Shown piece after piece: positions 62,093-64,000 of a stretch of 64,000 nucleotides of DNA. How positions within the stretch are numbered: position 1 is the first letter of the stretch; every line of letters starts with the position of its first letter. Source of the stretch: a virus (taxonomy: Duplodnaviria > Caudoviricetes); the IMG/VR virus record IMGVR_UViG_3300029288_000132, positions 24,339-88,338 of that record; one strand, given 5' to 3'. A program made the position numbers and the translations under genes. A model generated the notes under the pieces. That model was not told where the DNA came from. It saw only the letters and a program-made list of their open reading frames with translations, and did not search any database.

Positions 62093-64000
62093 CTAACGAG
62101 AGGATACCATCCAGTAGACATCGCTTACAGTAACCACATCATTAGCGTTCAGGCTAGAGATAAATAGTTCGCAATAATCGTTCTTCTTGATACCTTCCGC
62201 ATATAACGTGATTGCGAATGGATAAGGCTGAGTTGATGTAGTGGTTCTCACCGTAAATGGAGCCAAGACAGGACCAGTACCATTTTTCTTGACACCAATA
62301 TTTATGTTCCTATTGTTCTGATTGACTGAGAGATTACCAGTAATCCAGAACATTCCATCTTTAGGATGGTCACTTAAATAAGTGATCTTATTATTGAGTG
62401 TGGCTATCCTGCACTCAATGTGGTTTGGAACAACTAAAACAGATGTTGTAGTACTTAACCCAGAAATATCAACAGATATAACTCCCCAGCCTTCTCCATC
62501 GGTTGCAAATTCTACAGTAAAATCTTGTGCTGAAGTTATCACTACAACATTTACAGTAGTGACGTTGCTCAAAGCTTCGACAGCAGCCTTAATTGACCAA
62601 TCTGGGGCGTTATATGCGATAGCGCCTGTTGTTTGACCTCCTACAGTTATTGTGAAGGTTCCAGCCGTTGCAGCTGCATCAAAGGTAATGCGAACTTTAC
62701 TATTCAAACCGCTGACTTTATAATATGTGCTCGCAGCTGTGCAAGTAGTTGTTACAGTATTATCACCAATGTTTAGCTTGGAGTGTGGTCCGTTATCTGG
62801 AACCCCAGCATTACCGATAATTTCAACATTCGCATCTCTACCAGAAGATAATGAAAAATCAAATCCGCTGGTAAAAGTCCCGACGTTGTTGTAGGTGCAG
62901 TTGAATATGTTGTTATAAGTGCCGATTTTGTAATTTGTACCATTGTATAATATAGCCGTATCACTGGCTCCCTGACTGAATATCAAATGGGCCAGATAAA
63001 AATCGCTGGTAGCTCCAGCACCATTCTGCGCAAGGCTGATACCAACATTACAATTATCAAAATTTCCGACTTCAATATCTTGTGTGGTAACAATGCTTGC
63101 AGTCGTGTTGTTGACCGACACACCAGTGCCGCAATCTGTTATGCCGAAGTTGAATAGATAAAAGTCGATACCTATCAAATCGGCTACTGCTATCTTGAAA
63201 GTATCGATGAACAAATCTGTTATTTCTGAATAGATATTAGCAGTGGTATCATATGTAATGAAGTTCTCGTTAGCTGCTGTACCATAACTCGCTAACGTCG
63301 ATCCAGTGGCAGTGATTTTGTTGATGTCGCAATTGCTCTTAAGATTGAACATCGGTTTACCAGCTAATCCGGTAGCCGCTTCAACATAGCTTACTTCAGA
63401 GCTCAAACCTCTGATTTGCAGGTCATATGTCGCATTATTGACAGTAATAGTATCGGCGACCGGGAAATGCCCACCATCAATCAATATTTCAACTGGCGAT
63501 GTAGCATTAGCATTGAACCAGTCAACAGCGGCTTTAATGGTCGAATAATCTCCATTCGACCCAACATAAATTCTGTGAGCGAGTTTCGCTGGTCCTGCTG
63601 GCCCACTCGCACCAACAATGCCTGTTGCACCAGATGCACCCGATGCACCCGAGATACCAGTAGCCCCAGAGGCTCCATTAATACCTGTAGCACCGACACC
63701 AGAAGCACCCTGGACACCTGTAGCACCGCTTGCACCTGATGCTCCGTCAATTCCAGTCGCACCTGCCGTGCCGGAAGCACCCTGAATGCCTGTGGCACCT
63801 GACGCACCATCAATTCCAGTCGCACCCGCCGCACCTTCCGTTCCAGACGCGCCTTGTATGCCGGTTGCACCCGAAGCACCTGATGCTCCGTCGATTCCAG
63901 TCGCACCAGTGTAACCAGACGCACCCTGAACGCCTGTCGCACCACTTGCACCTGATGCTCCGTCGATTCCAGTCGCACCAGTGTAACCAGACGCACCCTG
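62093..64000 (-). CDS. collagen-like fibre/spike 3, 5'-partial (begins beyond the window)
   Basis: Frame of the 62093-63484 ORF stays open to 64000: [23 protein letters not shown]... then [23 protein letters not shown] (beta-helix/pectinesterase-like entry motif). Confidence 0.85.
   Translation of the reverse strand, partial: QGASGYTGATGIDGASGASGATGVQGASGYTGATGIDGASGASGATGIQGASGTEGAAGATGIDGASGATGIQGASGTAGATGIDGASGASGATGVQGASGVGATGINGASGATGISGASGASGATGIVGASGPAGPAKLAHRIYVGSNGDYSTIKAAVDWFNANATSPVEILIDGGHFPVADTITVNNATYDLQIRGLSSEVSYVEAATGLAGKPMFNLKSNCDINKITATGSTLASYGTAANENFITYDTTANIYSEITDLFIDTFKIAVADLIGIDFYLFNFGITDCGTGVSVNNTTASIVTTQDIEVGNFDNCNVGISLAQNGAGATSDFYLAHLIFSQGASDTAILYNGTNYKIGTYNNIFNCTYNNVGTFTSGFDFSLSSGRDANVEIIGNAGVPDNGPHSKLNIGDNTVTTTCTAASTYYKVSGLNSKVRITFDAAATAGTFTITVGGQTTGAIAYNAPDWSIKAAVEALSNVTTVNVVVITSAQDFTVEFATDGEGWGVISVDISGLSTTTSVLVVPNHIECRIATLNNKITYLSDHPKDGMFWITGNLSVNQNNRNINIGVKKNGTGPVLAPFTVRTTTSTQPYPFAITLYAEGIKKNDYCELFISSLNANDVVTVSDVYWMVSSR
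63876..64000. repeat. 72-bp period tandem duplication within the collagen tract
   Basis: 53-nt block ending at 63928 recurs ending at 64000. Confidence 0.85.

Noticed and set aside
63481-63996. 171-aa track [14 protein letters not shown]
   Set aside because: Off-frame reading of the collagen tract; the Gly-X-Y frame continuous with 62093-63484 is the real gene.
1-64000. Stop-codon reassignment as in some jumbo phages
   Set aside because: Conserved genes are intact under code 11, and TAG (122, 23040), TGA (21388) and TAA (40840) all end genes at sensible positions.
1-64000. tRNA or rRNA genes
   Set aside because: Intergenic gaps are short and no cloverleaf or T-loop (GTTCGAATC-like) context was found by eye; tRNAscan-SE would confirm.

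Overview
A 64 kb gene-dense slice of a large (jumbo-type) contractile-tailed dsDNA bacteriophage with a T4-like layout, mostly on the minus strand. 1.9-12.6 kb: baseplate/hub/spike and tape measure. 13.5-14.6 kb: primase. 14.6-20.3 kb: two large surface-type virion proteins. 20-33 kb: gp26/gp51-like, three tail-tube paralogues, an antisense double-HNH gene, sheath, and gp15/gp14/gp13-like neck genes. 33-36 kb: putative head-packaged proteins. 36.5-40.8 kb: glycosyltransferase cluster plus kinase. 43-56.5 kb: replication/recombination block (resolvase, 5'-3' exonuclease, gp32-like SSB, UvsY-like, mini family-A polymerase, GroES, DnaB-like helicase, orphan TnpB, RecA, UDG). 58.9-64 kb: three collagen-like fibre genes, the last running off the window. 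A planctomycete-style dockerin points to a Planctomycetota host (inference). Best leads: a possible virion glycosylation system, non-AUG starts on all three tube paralogues, an H-type pseudoknot abutting the sheath RBS, a thumb-less PolA, an orphan TnpB abutting the helicase start, a gp26/gp51 frameshift candidate and a 149-bp identical cassette in two fibre genes. No tRNA, rRNA or CRISPR array seen. All product calls come from motif recognition by eye; no database search was run. Several starts are adjusted from the ORF track using Shine-Dalgarno position.
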